From IMG/VR virus record IMGVR_UViG_3300031965_000115, positions 1-30,444 of that record: a DNA stretch of 30,444 nt; one strand, written 5' to 3'. Shown here piece by piece: positions 16,383 through 24,261 of the stretch; the first letter of the stretch is position 1; each line of letters opens with the position of its first letter. The notes under the pieces were generated by a model. It did no database searches and was not told where the DNA came from. It saw only the letters and a list, made by a program, of their open reading frames with translations. Source of the DNA: a virus. Taxonomy: Duplodnaviria > Caudoviricetes. A program made the translations under genes and the position numbers.

Positions 16383-17257
16383 CTCAGCATCCCCCTCAAC
16401 CACTCGATCGGGTCGTCCTGAACTTGTCCGGTCAACGCTAGTGGCCGGAGCTGACTGCTGACGCCGAGTGCCTGCCCAATTGCGCGGCGGCACTCAGGGC
16501 TGCGGCTACGGCATCCCCATCGCCCATTGGGGAAGACAATGGCGTTATCCTGGTGGCTGTCTCTGCGCAGTTTGTGACACAAGGGACATTGGAACACCAC
16601 ACCTCGTTGGGTGTGTCGAGCCCCAGGCTGCAGCATCGCTCTTCGCAGGAGCTCCTGAGAGCTGGGACCGTCCCACGGCTCTCCGTCCCACGGCTCTTCC
16701 GGGGGAACGCCCCTTGGCGACTGCTCAATGAAGTAAGGTGTTGAACTTAAGAACGCATGCCACCATGGAGGCAGCTCATACGGCGGAAGGAGCGGATCGA
16801 TAGCGCCAGTAGTGAATTCCGTCGGATGAACGTCATCATCCTGATAGAGCCTTCCGACGAATTGTCCTCGCCAGTAAACATCTGTATCCGGGATGTTGAC
16901 GTGTGCCAAGTAGATGTATGCCACTCCTGACTCACACTTGAAGGGCGGTGGTAAGGGACCAATTTCGGCACACATGTCCCCAAGGAAGGAAGCATTGATC
17001 CGAAGAGTGGAACACCTGAACATCTCGCGCGGATCGTGACGGCGTTTTGCTGATTCATATTCGTGGCAAGGTTCGCAGACTCCCTGGAGATCATCGAGCC
17101 GTTCATGGCCGTAGCGCTCATTGGTGCGATGGTGCGTCTGCTCAAATGGACGCTTGTTGCACCGTTCACAGACTCCACCACACCGCGCACGGACCTTCTC
17201 TCGAAGGAGTGCCCATTCGCGACTTGCCAGGTATCGGAATCGTTCGGCCCGAGTCAT
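16379..17257 (-). CDS. HNH endonuclease fused to a degenerate Prim-Pol C-terminus and Zn finger
   Basis: YLASREW..LR.KV..R..GVCERC...HH.T.ERYGHE..DDL..VC.PCH (HNH). This is followed by MCAEIGPLPPP, GAIDPLLPPYELPPWW, RRAMLQPGAR, FQCPLC and DNA....GRWGC, all shared with the Prim-Pol. ATG 17257 is coupled to the upstream stop. Confidence 0.8.
   Translation of the reverse strand: MTRAERFRYLASREWALLREKVRARCGGVCERCNKRPFEQTHHRTNERYGHERLDDLQGVCEPCHEYESAKRRHDPREMFRCSTLRINASFLGDMCAEIGPLPPPFKCESGVAYIYLAHVNIPDTDVYWRGQFVGRLYQDDDVHPTEFTTGAIDPLLPPYELPPWWHAFLSSTPYFIEQSPRGVPPEEPWDGEPWDGPSSQELLRRAMLQPGARHTQRGVVFQCPLCHKLRRDSHQDNAIVFPNGRWGCRSRSPECRRAIGQALGVSSQLRPLALTGQVQDDPIEWLRGMLR
16419..16451. repeat. 33-bp exact inverted repeat, copy 2 (partner at 5146-5178)
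   Basis: tgaacttgtccggtcaacgctagtggccggagc. Confidence 0.95.
16668..16697. repeat. 15-bp in-frame tandem duplication
   Basis: ccgtcccacggctct x2 encodes EPWDG-EPWDG; the intact primase has a single copy. Confidence 0.9.
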
Positions 17258-17454
17258 GCTGCTTTGCCCCGACACGTGTGATAGAAGCGAGGGTGCCACG
17301 TCCAGGGGACAACGATTATGTAGGCTGTTGCCTCCCTGACTATTGTCTTCGTTGTCCAAGCTGGCCCAGCGACCACTCTTTCGATGGTTGGCTTGCGCTC
17401 GCGCTTCTCGTATTCGTCGTAGAACGTCTCGAAGCTAATGTTGTCTGGTTTCAT
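17254..17454 (-). CDS. Hypothetical protein (66 aa)
   Basis: ATG 17454 overlaps the upstream stop, and its own stop overlaps the HNH ATG. Confidence 0.5.
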   Translation of the reverse strand: MKPDNISFETFYDEYEKRERKPTIERVVAGPAWTTKTIVREATAYIIVVPWTWHPRFYHTCRGKAA

Positions 17455-17687
17455 CAGTCTGGTACCTTCGAGCCGTGCTCTTTCTGCCAACGTCGCATGT
17501 CCTGGGCAACTGCTCGCGCCCGTTGAGCCTTCTCGTAAGTCGCCCCGCCATGACGCATCATGAGTGTGACGGCCCACTGCTCGACGACTTCAGGACCGAT
17601 TGCGTCCTGGGCACGGATGACGAAGATTGGTTCATCGGCTGAGACCTTCCGTAACTCGCAGAAGGTGTAATCTGAGCGACACTTCAT
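17454..17687 (-). CDS. Small conserved phage protein (DEPIFVIRAQD motif)
   Basis: ATG 17687 coupled; DEPxFxxRAQD...V..WA motif recurrent in phage small proteins. Confidence 0.65.
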   Translation of the reverse strand: MKCRSDYTFCELRKVSADEPIFVIRAQDAIGPEVVEQWAVTLMMRHGGATYEKAQRARAVAQDMRRWQKEHGSKVPD

Positions 17688-18106
17688 CGCTGCCTCTTGA
17701 AACAACTTCGCTTGAGCTCGGAGCGTAGCCTGTCGAGACTCGCCGCAACCCACTCACCGGTTGCCTTTGTCTCCACAACGTCCATGGCCATCTTCAGCAC
17801 GCTCCACACTTCACGTAGCTCTGTTTCGAGCTTATCGATGCGCTTGTGAACGTAGTTAACCCGAGCGTCGAGGTATGACATCGTCGGAGTGGTCCCCCGC
17901 ACAGGTGTCTTGGATGGAGCCCACAAGTGAACAACGTATGCGTGGAGTCCTTCCCATCCGAGCCCGGAGACGCTCCACTCTGCACCCTCTTCGTCTCTGA
18001 CGACGGAACGCAGTGTGACCTTCCGTTGAATCGAATCGCGGATGATTCGGCCGACCTGGTGTCTGCCTTCGACGAAACGGAAGTGTATTGCGGATGCGGA
18101 ATTCAT
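17684..18106 (-). CDS. Hypothetical protein with C-terminal coiled coil
   Basis: 140 aa; ATGA-coupled on both sides. Confidence 0.55.
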   Translation of the reverse strand: MNSASAIHFRFVEGRHQVGRIIRDSIQRKVTLRSVVRDEEGAEWSVSGLGWEGLHAYVVHLWAPSKTPVRGTTPTMSYLDARVNYVHKRIDKLETELREVWSVLKMAMDVVETKATGEWVAASLDRLRSELKRSCFKRQR

Positions 18107-18549
18107 GCTTGCACCTCACTAAGAGCTTCGCCTTCAAAGTTCCACTTCGCCTGGCCGTCCGAAAGCCATTCAACATCTGCATGGCGAAGTCTTGCTTTCA
18201 GGTGAAAACGTTGCGGCCATGGAACATCGAGGACGACGTCGAGTTCGACCTCTTCGTTCTCCAGCAGCCGGTCTTTCAGCTGCTCTGACTCTGGGACGTT
18301 GATCATGGAGAGTCGGAAGCGTGGTGGCCCGAGGATGTAGTCTAACGCTCCCTCATGGTCTCCGATTGGGGAGAAGATTGTCTTGTGCACATCCCGCCAG
18401 AGCTGGAAGTCGACGATTCCGCCGCTGAGTTTGATAGAGCCAATCGACATGGCCGGCTCGGCTGGTCCGGCGATAGCTTCTGGCTTGACGCCAACGAGCG
18501 TTGCTAAGCTCGCGACGCCAAGGATCTGAAGAAAGCTACGACGTTCCAT
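18103..18549 (-). CDS. Protein with twin-arginine (Tat)-like signal peptide
   Basis: ATG 18549 after GAGG: MERRSFLQILGVASLATLVGVKPEAIA (RRxFL, hydrophobic region, AxA). Confidence 0.6.
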   Translation of the reverse strand: MERRSFLQILGVASLATLVGVKPEAIAGPAEPAMSIGSIKLSGGIVDFQLWRDVHKTIFSPIGDHEGALDYILGPPRFRLSMINVPESEQLKDRLLENEEVELDVVLDVPWPQRFHLKARLRHADVEWLSDGQAKWNFEGEALSEVQA

Positions 18550-18718
18550 CTTTTTCCTCTGTACCCACTTCCTTCGCCTCTTCGCTTTGTTGAAGAAGAA
18601 TATCGAGCTGCATCTTCCGAAGGAAGTCGGGATCGTAACCTGCGAAACCGCCAATGCACTGTGTTGCCATTCTCAATAGGTCCCACAGTACTAGCGTCTG
18701 CTGCTCAGAAAGCTTCAT
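18536..18718 (-). CDS. Hypothetical protein (60 aa)
   Basis: GGAGG SD; ATGA overlap with the upstream gene. Confidence 0.55.
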   Translation of the reverse strand: MKLSEQQTLVLWDLLRMATQCIGGFAGYDPDFLRKMQLDILLQQSEEAKEVGTEEKDGTS

Positions 18719-19365
18719 AGCTCCTCCATCGTAGCGTCGAGAGCAGCCTTGAGTGCCCTAAGTTCACGCAGTTGCATCCATGCCTCAGGCATCAGTTTGT
18801 GAAGTGGGCAATCGTCTGGCAGGTTAAGAGGAGCGTTCAGGTCAGCGACTCTCCGGAATGGGTCCGCTGCCGCTACCACCAGCCGCAGCTTCTCGCGCGT
18901 CTCGGCGAGGGCGGTTTCCGCCTCTTCCACCATGTCGGCCAAGACGCCTGGACCTTCCTGGAGGATCGAGTGCCCGAGTGCAGGCATGCGGCGGTCGGCC
19001 AACCGCCCACCGGGCTGAAGGATCGCCGCCATCGCGCTGACAGCGAGCGCGTACTCCGCCTTGTAGTAGTCGCGCTCGGCCCGCGCTCCGTCCCCCTCGG
19101 CCCTCACCCAGTCTCGCTGCCGCTCCAGCTCGACGATCCGGGCCTCAGCCTCCATCCGTGCCTTGGTCTCGCTCGCAAGCTGGAAGCGGTAGTTGCCGTG
19201 CCCTTCCTTGAGCAGACTGTTCTCGATCTCCAGCCTCTCGATCTCCCTCGCCTGCTCCTCAAGGTGGGAGAGGATGGTCGAGGCATAGGAAACGCCGCAC
19301 TCAGATTCGTGCTGAAGCCACTTCTTCGCCTGCTCCAGCGGGCTCGTCGGTTTGTCGCTCATCAT
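18715..19365 (-). CDS. Modular coiled-coil accessory protein, paralog B
   Basis: GGAGG SD; MMSDKPTSP...LEEQAREIERL...AEARIVELE...REKLRLVV. Confidence 0.65.
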   Translation of the reverse strand: MMSDKPTSPLEQAKKWLQHESECGVSYASTILSHLEEQAREIERLEIENSLLKEGHGNYRFQLASETKARMEAEARIVELERQRDWVRAEGDGARAERDYYKAEYALAVSAMAAILQPGGRLADRRMPALGHSILQEGPGVLADMVEEAETALAETREKLRLVVAAADPFRRVADLNAPLNLPDDCPLHKLMPEAWMQLRELRALKAALDATMEEL

Positions 19366-19827
19366 CCCACCTCCACCCCCGGAGGGCACTTTGCCGCGTG
19401 TTCCAGACCGCCACCTCCGCCCACACCCTCCGGGAGACTATGTTGAAGGTCCCACCCTTGCGGGTTAGACGGAGGGTGAGGAGGATCACTTAAGCACCAC
19501 ACACAACGGGCATGGATCTCCGTGGATATTGAAAACGTGATCATGCCCCTTCAGCGCCTCCACCACCCGCCGCAGCTTCTCCCGCGCCTCGTCCAGCTCG
19601 TTCAGTAGGGCGATTGCGGACATCAGCTTGGCTGCTTCCTTGGCAAGCACTAAAGACTCCCCCCGTGCTTCATCCCTCTCCCACTCCAGCTCAGCGATGC
19701 GGGCCTCAGCGCGGCAGGCTGGACATGTCGGAGTAGCGTGTCGGAGCCAGTGTGGCGAGCAGTAGATCGAGGTACCTATTGTCACCAGTGCCTTCAGCCT
19801 CTCGATCTCCCTCGCCTGCTCCTCAAG
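19231..19827. repeat. 33-bp exact direct repeat shared by the two paralogs (19231-19263 and 19795-19827)
   Basis: cagcctctcgatctccctcgcctgctcctcaag at both positions. Confidence 0.95.
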
Positions 19828-20124
19828 ACGAGAGACAAGGGCGACGACGCGGGGCCACGGGACCAGTGGAAGTGTCCCTCCGGTCATGGTCGCGTAGACC
19901 AACAGGACGTCACCTACAGCCAGCCCCGCCGGCAGGACGCGATCCATGCACGAGAGGCACAGCACTCCCAGCCGGTAAACGTCCGGAACGTCCCGCCACG
20001 TTTCGTCAGCTATCAGAACGTCGAACGGCACCGCGTCTCCGCACTTCCCACAAGACAACGTCAGCCCATCCACCTCCAGATTCACCCCGAAATCCTCCGG
20101 CGGACCCGTCGGTTGGTCGCTCAT
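19486..20124 (-). CDS. Modular coiled-coil accessory protein with Zn-binding inserts, paralog A
   Basis: ATG 20124 (GGAGG SD, ATGA overlap); CGKC, CLSC, CPAC and CPLC motifs; shares blocks with 18715-19365. Confidence 0.65.
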   Translation of the reverse strand: MSDQPTGPPEDFGVNLEVDGLTLSCGKCGDAVPFDVLIADETWRDVPDVYRLGVLCLSCMDRVLPAGLAVGDVLLVYATMTGGTLPLVPWPRVVALVSRLEEQAREIERLKALVTIGTSIYCSPHWLRHATPTCPACRAEARIAELEWERDEARGESLVLAKEAAKLMSAIALLNELDEAREKLRRVVEALKGHDHVFNIHGDPCPLCVVLK

Positions 20125-20489
20125 CGTCCCTCCTCCGTGAGTTTGGCGAGGGCGGCGCGTAGCGAGCACCGCTCACACGTGCAGCGTGGTGAATGCAAAA
20201 AATCATCCTCGTCGGTATTGCGGCAGAGTAGCGACGACAGAGCTTCGGCTGCCTCCGCCACCTCCACGAGCGCGAGGATGGAGCGGGCAAGCTGCTCGGT
20301 GGGGCAGGGCCAGTCTTCGCCGCACTCGGTGCAGTAGGGGTGAGGGTCAACCCGGCCCGACGGCAGAGGACCGATACTGCGATGTCCTCGTCGTGCAATT
20401 CCGGTCCTCCGCTGAATCTTTGCCAGCGGCGTTCGCGGTGGATCAGCCTCGGTCCGGGGGCGCCCCTTTTCGTCTACTCGCTCAGCCAC
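20121..20489 (-). CDS. Hypothetical protein with Cys/His motifs
   Basis: GTG start after GAGGA; CTEC..WPC and HSPRCTCERC. Confidence 0.55.
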   Translation of the reverse strand: MAERVDEKGRPRTEADPPRTPLAKIQRRTGIARRGHRSIGPLPSGRVDPHPYCTECGEDWPCPTEQLARSILALVEVAEAAEALSSLLCRNTDEDDFLHSPRCTCERCSLRAALAKLTEEGR

Positions 20490-20619
20490 GTTCCTCTCCC
20501 TCCTCCTCTTCGTCTTCTGGGGTTACTACTCCCGCTTGGCACAGAGCCTCTTCAATCCTGTCAAGCCTGTTCTCGATCGAAGCGATGGCTCTCCGCAATT
20601 GGAGTTCAGTGGCGTCCAC
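20482..20619 (-). CDS. 45-aa acidic coiled-coil peptide
   Basis: Below the ORF-track cutoff. GTG directly after the upstream TAA with GGGAG SD; MDATELQLRRAIASIENRLDRIEEALC...EDEEEEGEERG; fills the gap exactly. Confidence 0.5.
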   Translation of the reverse strand: MDATELQLRRAIASIENRLDRIEEALCQAGVVTPEDEEEEGEERG

Positions 20620-21048
20620 TTAATCTACTCCCCGTTTCCAATAGAAACGTACGCACTCCTCGGCCTCGCGCTCCTTCTCCTCTTTCGGCACCATGGAGTA
20701 GACGTGCGCGTACTTGGCGTGGCACAGCTCGTGAAGCACGAGGTGGTGTTTGGACATCAGACGGCACTCCCACGAACGGTCGTCGTAGGCGATCCAGACG
20801 CCAGACCAATCTCTCGTCGTCGCGATGTAGCCGCAGGTCTTGCCGAGACCGAGAGCGTAGCGAGGCAGCTTGCCGAAGATCATGCCCGGCACCGGCTCGA
20901 TCTCCATGATTGCAGCCATCCGGATCGTGTGCCCTCGGAGGAGCTCCGCTCGGGACGCGCAGCCAAAGAGTAGCGCAGCCATCGTGGCTACCCAGATGAA
21001 GAAGACCGCCCACTTCACAGTCCGAAACGTCTTCTCGTGAGTCTTCAT
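20620..21048 (-). CDS. Putative lipoprotein with HExxH zinc-metallopeptidase motif
   Basis: ATG 21048 with AGGAGG SD; basic N-region, hydrophobic stretch, lipobox LFG-C; LVLHELCHAKY. Confidence 0.6.
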   Translation of the reverse strand: MKTHEKTFRTVKWAVFFIWVATMAALLFGCASRAELLRGHTIRMAAIMEIEPVPGMIFGKLPRYALGLGKTCGYIATTRDWSGVWIAYDDRSWECRLMSKHHLVLHELCHAKYAHVYSMVPKEEKEREAEECVRFYWKRGVD

Positions 21049-21061
21049 CGTTCCTCCTATG

Positions 21062-21089
21062 CAGCCCCGAACCCAAAGGTTCGAGGCTG
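21062..21089 (-). promoter_or_regulatory. 12-bp intergenic RNA hairpin
   Basis: Minus strand CAGCCTCGAACC-TTTG-GGTTCGGGGCTG (one GU pair); no U-tract; directly before the lipoprotein SD. Confidence 0.55.
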
Positions 21090-21109
21090 GAACGAGGTGC
21101 GAGGTACGA

Positions 21110-22309
21110 CTAGTCGTCGTTCTTGTTGAGGCAGGTGGTGTCACTCTGGCCCGGGGTGAGTTGAAAATCGTCGTGGCTGATGCCCGGCGGGTCAAACTGG
21201 CAGTGATTGTCGAGAGCCCCACCGTCGAAGTTCAGCCAGATGCCTTCTTCGCCCTCGCAGATCGACTGCTGCGCCTGATCGTCGCACTCCCGGTTGAACG
21301 CCACGAAATCCTCCTCCTGCTCCCCGCAACTGACGCGGTAGTAGCAGAGACCCTCCGTCTCGCACTCACACGGCTCGCTGTTAGCCGTGACAATCGTTTC
21401 GCAGCGTTCCTCCTGAGTGCAGGAGTTCACTTCGCATGTCGTGGTTGAGATTGACTGCGTCCGCGTACAGGTCGGCCGGCCGTTTTCATCCTCGCCTGTC
21501 GCGGTGCAGTCGCCGAACGCACCCTCCTCGATGACCGGCTCCTGGGGAATCCACTCCTCCTCGCACGGACACTCGACCTCGCGCTGATCGATCTCGGTGA
21601 TGATCCACTCTCGCTCTTCGCACCCGTTCGATTTGGTCACGGTCGTGGAGATCTCGAAGCACTCGAAGCAAGGCGCCTGGATGAGCAAGGATGGTAGGTC
21701 GATCTGGGAGCACTCGACGACGTCGCCCTCTTCGGGCTCTCCCCTCTTGATAATCTCCCACTCGCCGGGCTCGCACTCGCAGTACTGCTCGTCGGGCGCG
21801 TACACCAGCTTCTGGCCGCCGAGTCCCCAATGACCGATGTGCTCTCCCTGCCCGGCGGTGAAGTCGACCTGGACCTTCCGCTCTCCTCCCTCGCAGAGAT
21901 CAACGCCGATCTTCACGGGATCGCAGATGCTGTAGACGCTGACGGTGTCGCCCGTCTTCACGACCGCGTTCCAGGATCCCCAATCGTTGGTGTGCAGGGG
22001 CGAGGTGCAGACGGCACTGACGTGGTGTGGAATGGTTGTGGTAAAGGTGCAGGTGCCGGCCGCGTCGCAGACAACCGACGTGGGACCGGGACCACCTCCG
22101 GGATCGGGCGAAGGCTCCGGCGTGATGACCACCGGCGTGACCTGCTGGGGTGCCGGCGTCGAGACGACCACCGGATCCGGCATCGTGGGGCTCTTGCTGC
22201 CGTCGCACGATTGTGTGTACGTCATATACAGACCGAGCATTCCTGTGATCGCCACCACCAGGATTGCACGGTCACTCTTGCGTCGTCCAAACTTCTTTCG
22301 CTTCGTCAT
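21110..22309 (-). CDS. Membrane-anchored, acidic, cysteine-rich repeat protein
   Basis: Basic N-terminus, TM helix and Pro/Thr linker; 27 Cys by manual count; two roughly 70-aa CxCE..W repeats; AAGGAG SD. Confidence 0.7.
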   Translation of the reverse strand: MTKRKKFGRRKSDRAILVVAITGMLGLYMTYTQSCDGSKSPTMPDPVVVSTPAPQQVTPVVITPEPSPDPGGGPGPTSVVCDAAGTCTFTTTIPHHVSAVCTSPLHTNDWGSWNAVVKTGDTVSVYSICDPVKIGVDLCEGGERKVQVDFTAGQGEHIGHWGLGGQKLVYAPDEQYCECEPGEWEIIKRGEPEEGDVVECSQIDLPSLLIQAPCFECFEISTTVTKSNGCEEREWIITEIDQREVECPCEEEWIPQEPVIEEGAFGDCTATGEDENGRPTCTRTQSISTTTCEVNSCTQEERCETIVTANSEPCECETEGLCYYRVSCGEQEEDFVAFNRECDDQAQQSICEGEEGIWLNFDGGALDNHCQFDPPGISHDDFQLTPGQSDTTCLNKNDD

Positions 22310-22557
22310 TTCTGACCATCTCCTTTTTGGTTTACGACAGGTGAAAACGAACTCTCGAACAGATCGATGAGGACAGTATCCCCGGTGAGGTTGACGTGAC
22401 GACGAACCATCTCTTCCGCTTTCTCCTTACCGAAATCCCGGATCCACTCTTGGATGACCTTCGCGGTGAAGTTAGAACACCAAAGGATCCAGTATTCCGG
22501 TGTTCCTTGGGGATATCGATCTTCGAAAAAGTAATGCTCTTCGAGACTTGATAGCAT
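22306..22557 (-). CDS. Hypothetical protein (83 aa)
   Basis: GAGGAG SD; coupled on both sides. Confidence 0.55.
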   Translation of the reverse strand: MLSSLEEHYFFEDRYPQGTPEYWILWCSNFTAKVIQEWIRDFGKEKAEEMVRRHVNLTGDTVLIDLFESSFSPVVNQKGDGQK

Positions 22558-23327
22558 CAGTCACTCCTCGGATAGTTTCCTTCGAGCGCTGAGCGGACGA
22601 TACGCTTGACTGTCTCGGAGAACTCGCCCTTGTTCACCATCCACTGGAGATAGCTGCGATCCACCTTTCGGAGTGGAACCGTCGCATGCTTTCCGAAGTT
22701 GATTGTTGCCTCTCGGTGACGCCAAGCGAGTTTCCCATCTTCGTCAAGGTGACCGTCTGCCGGCTTCTCGAAAAAGATGCGATGGAGCTCTTCCACATTG
22801 TCAGGAAGATCCGGATAGCGTTCGAGCTGAGCCAGAAGGACATCAACAGTAGCCTGCGCGTCGGCTATCGCGCTGTGCTTTCTGATGTGGTCCTTGTCGC
22901 AGTAGAATTTGAGAGCAGCACTCAGATCGCGCGGCTCTTTGACTCGGAAGATCCGAAAGGCGTCCACGACTTTTGAGCCGTCCAGGACGGAGTATCCACC
23001 GACACGGTTGAACTCTGCTCTGAGGAAGCGAATGTCGAAGGCCACGTTGTAGCCTCCAAGGTCACATCCCATCAAGCCACCTGCTAATCGCGGTGCAACT
23101 TCGCGGAAGGTGGGGGCGTCAGCAACCATCTCGTCGCTGACCCCATGAATGGCTGTTACTTCTGGTGGTATTGGGCCACCGGGGTTGATCAACGTCTCCC
23201 ACTCCGTTCGTTGCCCATTAGGGTGAAGTTTGATGACGCCGATTTGGACGACGCGGTCCACTTGGGGGTGGGTCCCCGTCGTCTCTACGTCGAAGATCAC
23301 AAGTGGCCGCTCGAGTCTGAGTCTCAT
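22557..23327 (-). CDS. DEDDh 3'-5' exonuclease (DnaQ/ExoX-like)
   Basis: FDVETTG, GYNVAFD and HSAIADA motifs; C-terminal FGKH...YLQWM domain; ATG 23327 with AGGAG SD and ATGA overlap. Confidence 0.9.
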   Translation of the reverse strand: MRLRLERPLVIFDVETTGTHPQVDRVVQIGVIKLHPNGQRTEWETLINPGGPIPPEVTAIHGVSDEMVADAPTFREVAPRLAGGLMGCDLGGYNVAFDIRFLRAEFNRVGGYSVLDGSKVVDAFRIFRVKEPRDLSAALKFYCDKDHIRKHSAIADAQATVDVLLAQLERYPDLPDNVEELHRIFFEKPADGHLDEDGKLAWRHREATINFGKHATVPLRKVDRSYLQWMVNKGEFSETVKRIVRSALEGNYPRSD

Positions 23328-23701
23328 CTCTGGTTCTCCTCGATTACAGAGCGGACCCACTCTACAACGAGTGCATAATCGTGTCGCTTGGCAGACCGAA
23401 CACACTCGAGATGTTCGTCCAGTTCAGGACTGATGTAACCAACCCAGGTGAACCATGGTGAGAAGTGAACGTAGTAGGCTCGACCAACTTGCATGAGCCG
23501 ACGCATTGTTTCTCGTTGGACTCCACGACCGGTGATTCTTTCGCCTCGCTTCACTTCGAGCCAGACGGTGATTCCACCCCATGTCACGGAGATGTCCGGC
23601 ACCCCGGCAGTGGACAGATCGTTGTGCTTGAAGACGACCGCACCAGGAAGTTCGCGGCGGAGCCGTTGACACAACGTGCGGGAGAGGCTGGCCTCGTTCA
23701 C
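23324..23701 (-). CDS. VRR-NUC / PD-(D/E)XK nuclease (Holliday-junction resolvase-like)
   Basis: MNE......GVPD......WLEVK...Q motif. Confidence 0.8.
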   Translation of the reverse strand: MNEASLSRTLCQRLRRELPGAVVFKHNDLSTAGVPDISVTWGGITVWLEVKRGERITGRGVQRETMRRLMQVGRAYYVHFSPWFTWVGYISPELDEHLECVRSAKRHDYALVVEWVRSVIEENQR

Positions 23702-24255
23702 GATGCGTGCCGACAGTATGGGGAGTGTTCCGCGACGTAGTCGGAGCAGCCCAGCTCTTCGCAGGTCGCTTCTTTCACGTCATGAATTGGCTGCGCCGCC
23801 CCTACTCCGCAGATCAGGCACCCGGGCCACTGTCCCGAACCTTGGTAAGCGTGGGAGCCGTGGGGGAGAACAGATTGGGCTGACGTTTCTCGTTCGATGG
23901 CCCTATCGAGGTACCATCGTGCCTTGCGAAGATCCTCGAGGGGAGCTGCGCCGTTCTTCAGGCCGACGTAGTTTCCACCGGAGCGCCAGAGGTATTTCGT
24001 GCAGTTGTAGATGAATGCGTTGCGGTCCCACCCGAGCGCGAGTGCCACCTTCACATGCTCGTAGGGATTCTCGCCTCCGCCGTAGTGTGATGGATGATCC
24101 ACCTTTTCTTTCTGCATGATGTGTTGCTCCTCGACTCGCTTCTCCTTCATCGTGACCTCATGATTGTGCAGCTCGACTTCCTTCTCGGCGTACACCTGTG
24201 TCTCCGGCAATGATACGCAGCGTGCAGCGAGTGCCACCGCTTGTGCTTCGCACAC
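23698..24255 (-). CDS. DUF3310 family protein (T7 gp1.7 nucleotide-kinase-related)
   Basis: VDHPSHY...N.TKYLWR.G.KNG...EDLRKARWYL. The true start may be later (ATG 24150). Confidence 0.8.
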   Translation of the reverse strand: MCEAQAVALAARCVSLPETQVYAEKEVELHNHEVTMKEKRVEEQHIMQKEKVDHPSHYGGGENPYEHVKVALALGWDRNAFIYNCTKYLWRSGGNYVGLKNGAAPLEDLRKARWYLDRAIERETSAQSVLPHGSHAYQGSGQWPGCLICGVGAAQPIHDVKEATCEELGCSDYVAEHSPYCRHAS

Positions 24256-24261
24256 CAGATC

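Noticed and set aside
19301-19544. Small ORFs between the two paralogs (19301-19489, 19362-19544)
   Set aside because: Two competing frames; each is coupled at only one end and overlaps a neighbour, so I cannot choose between them.
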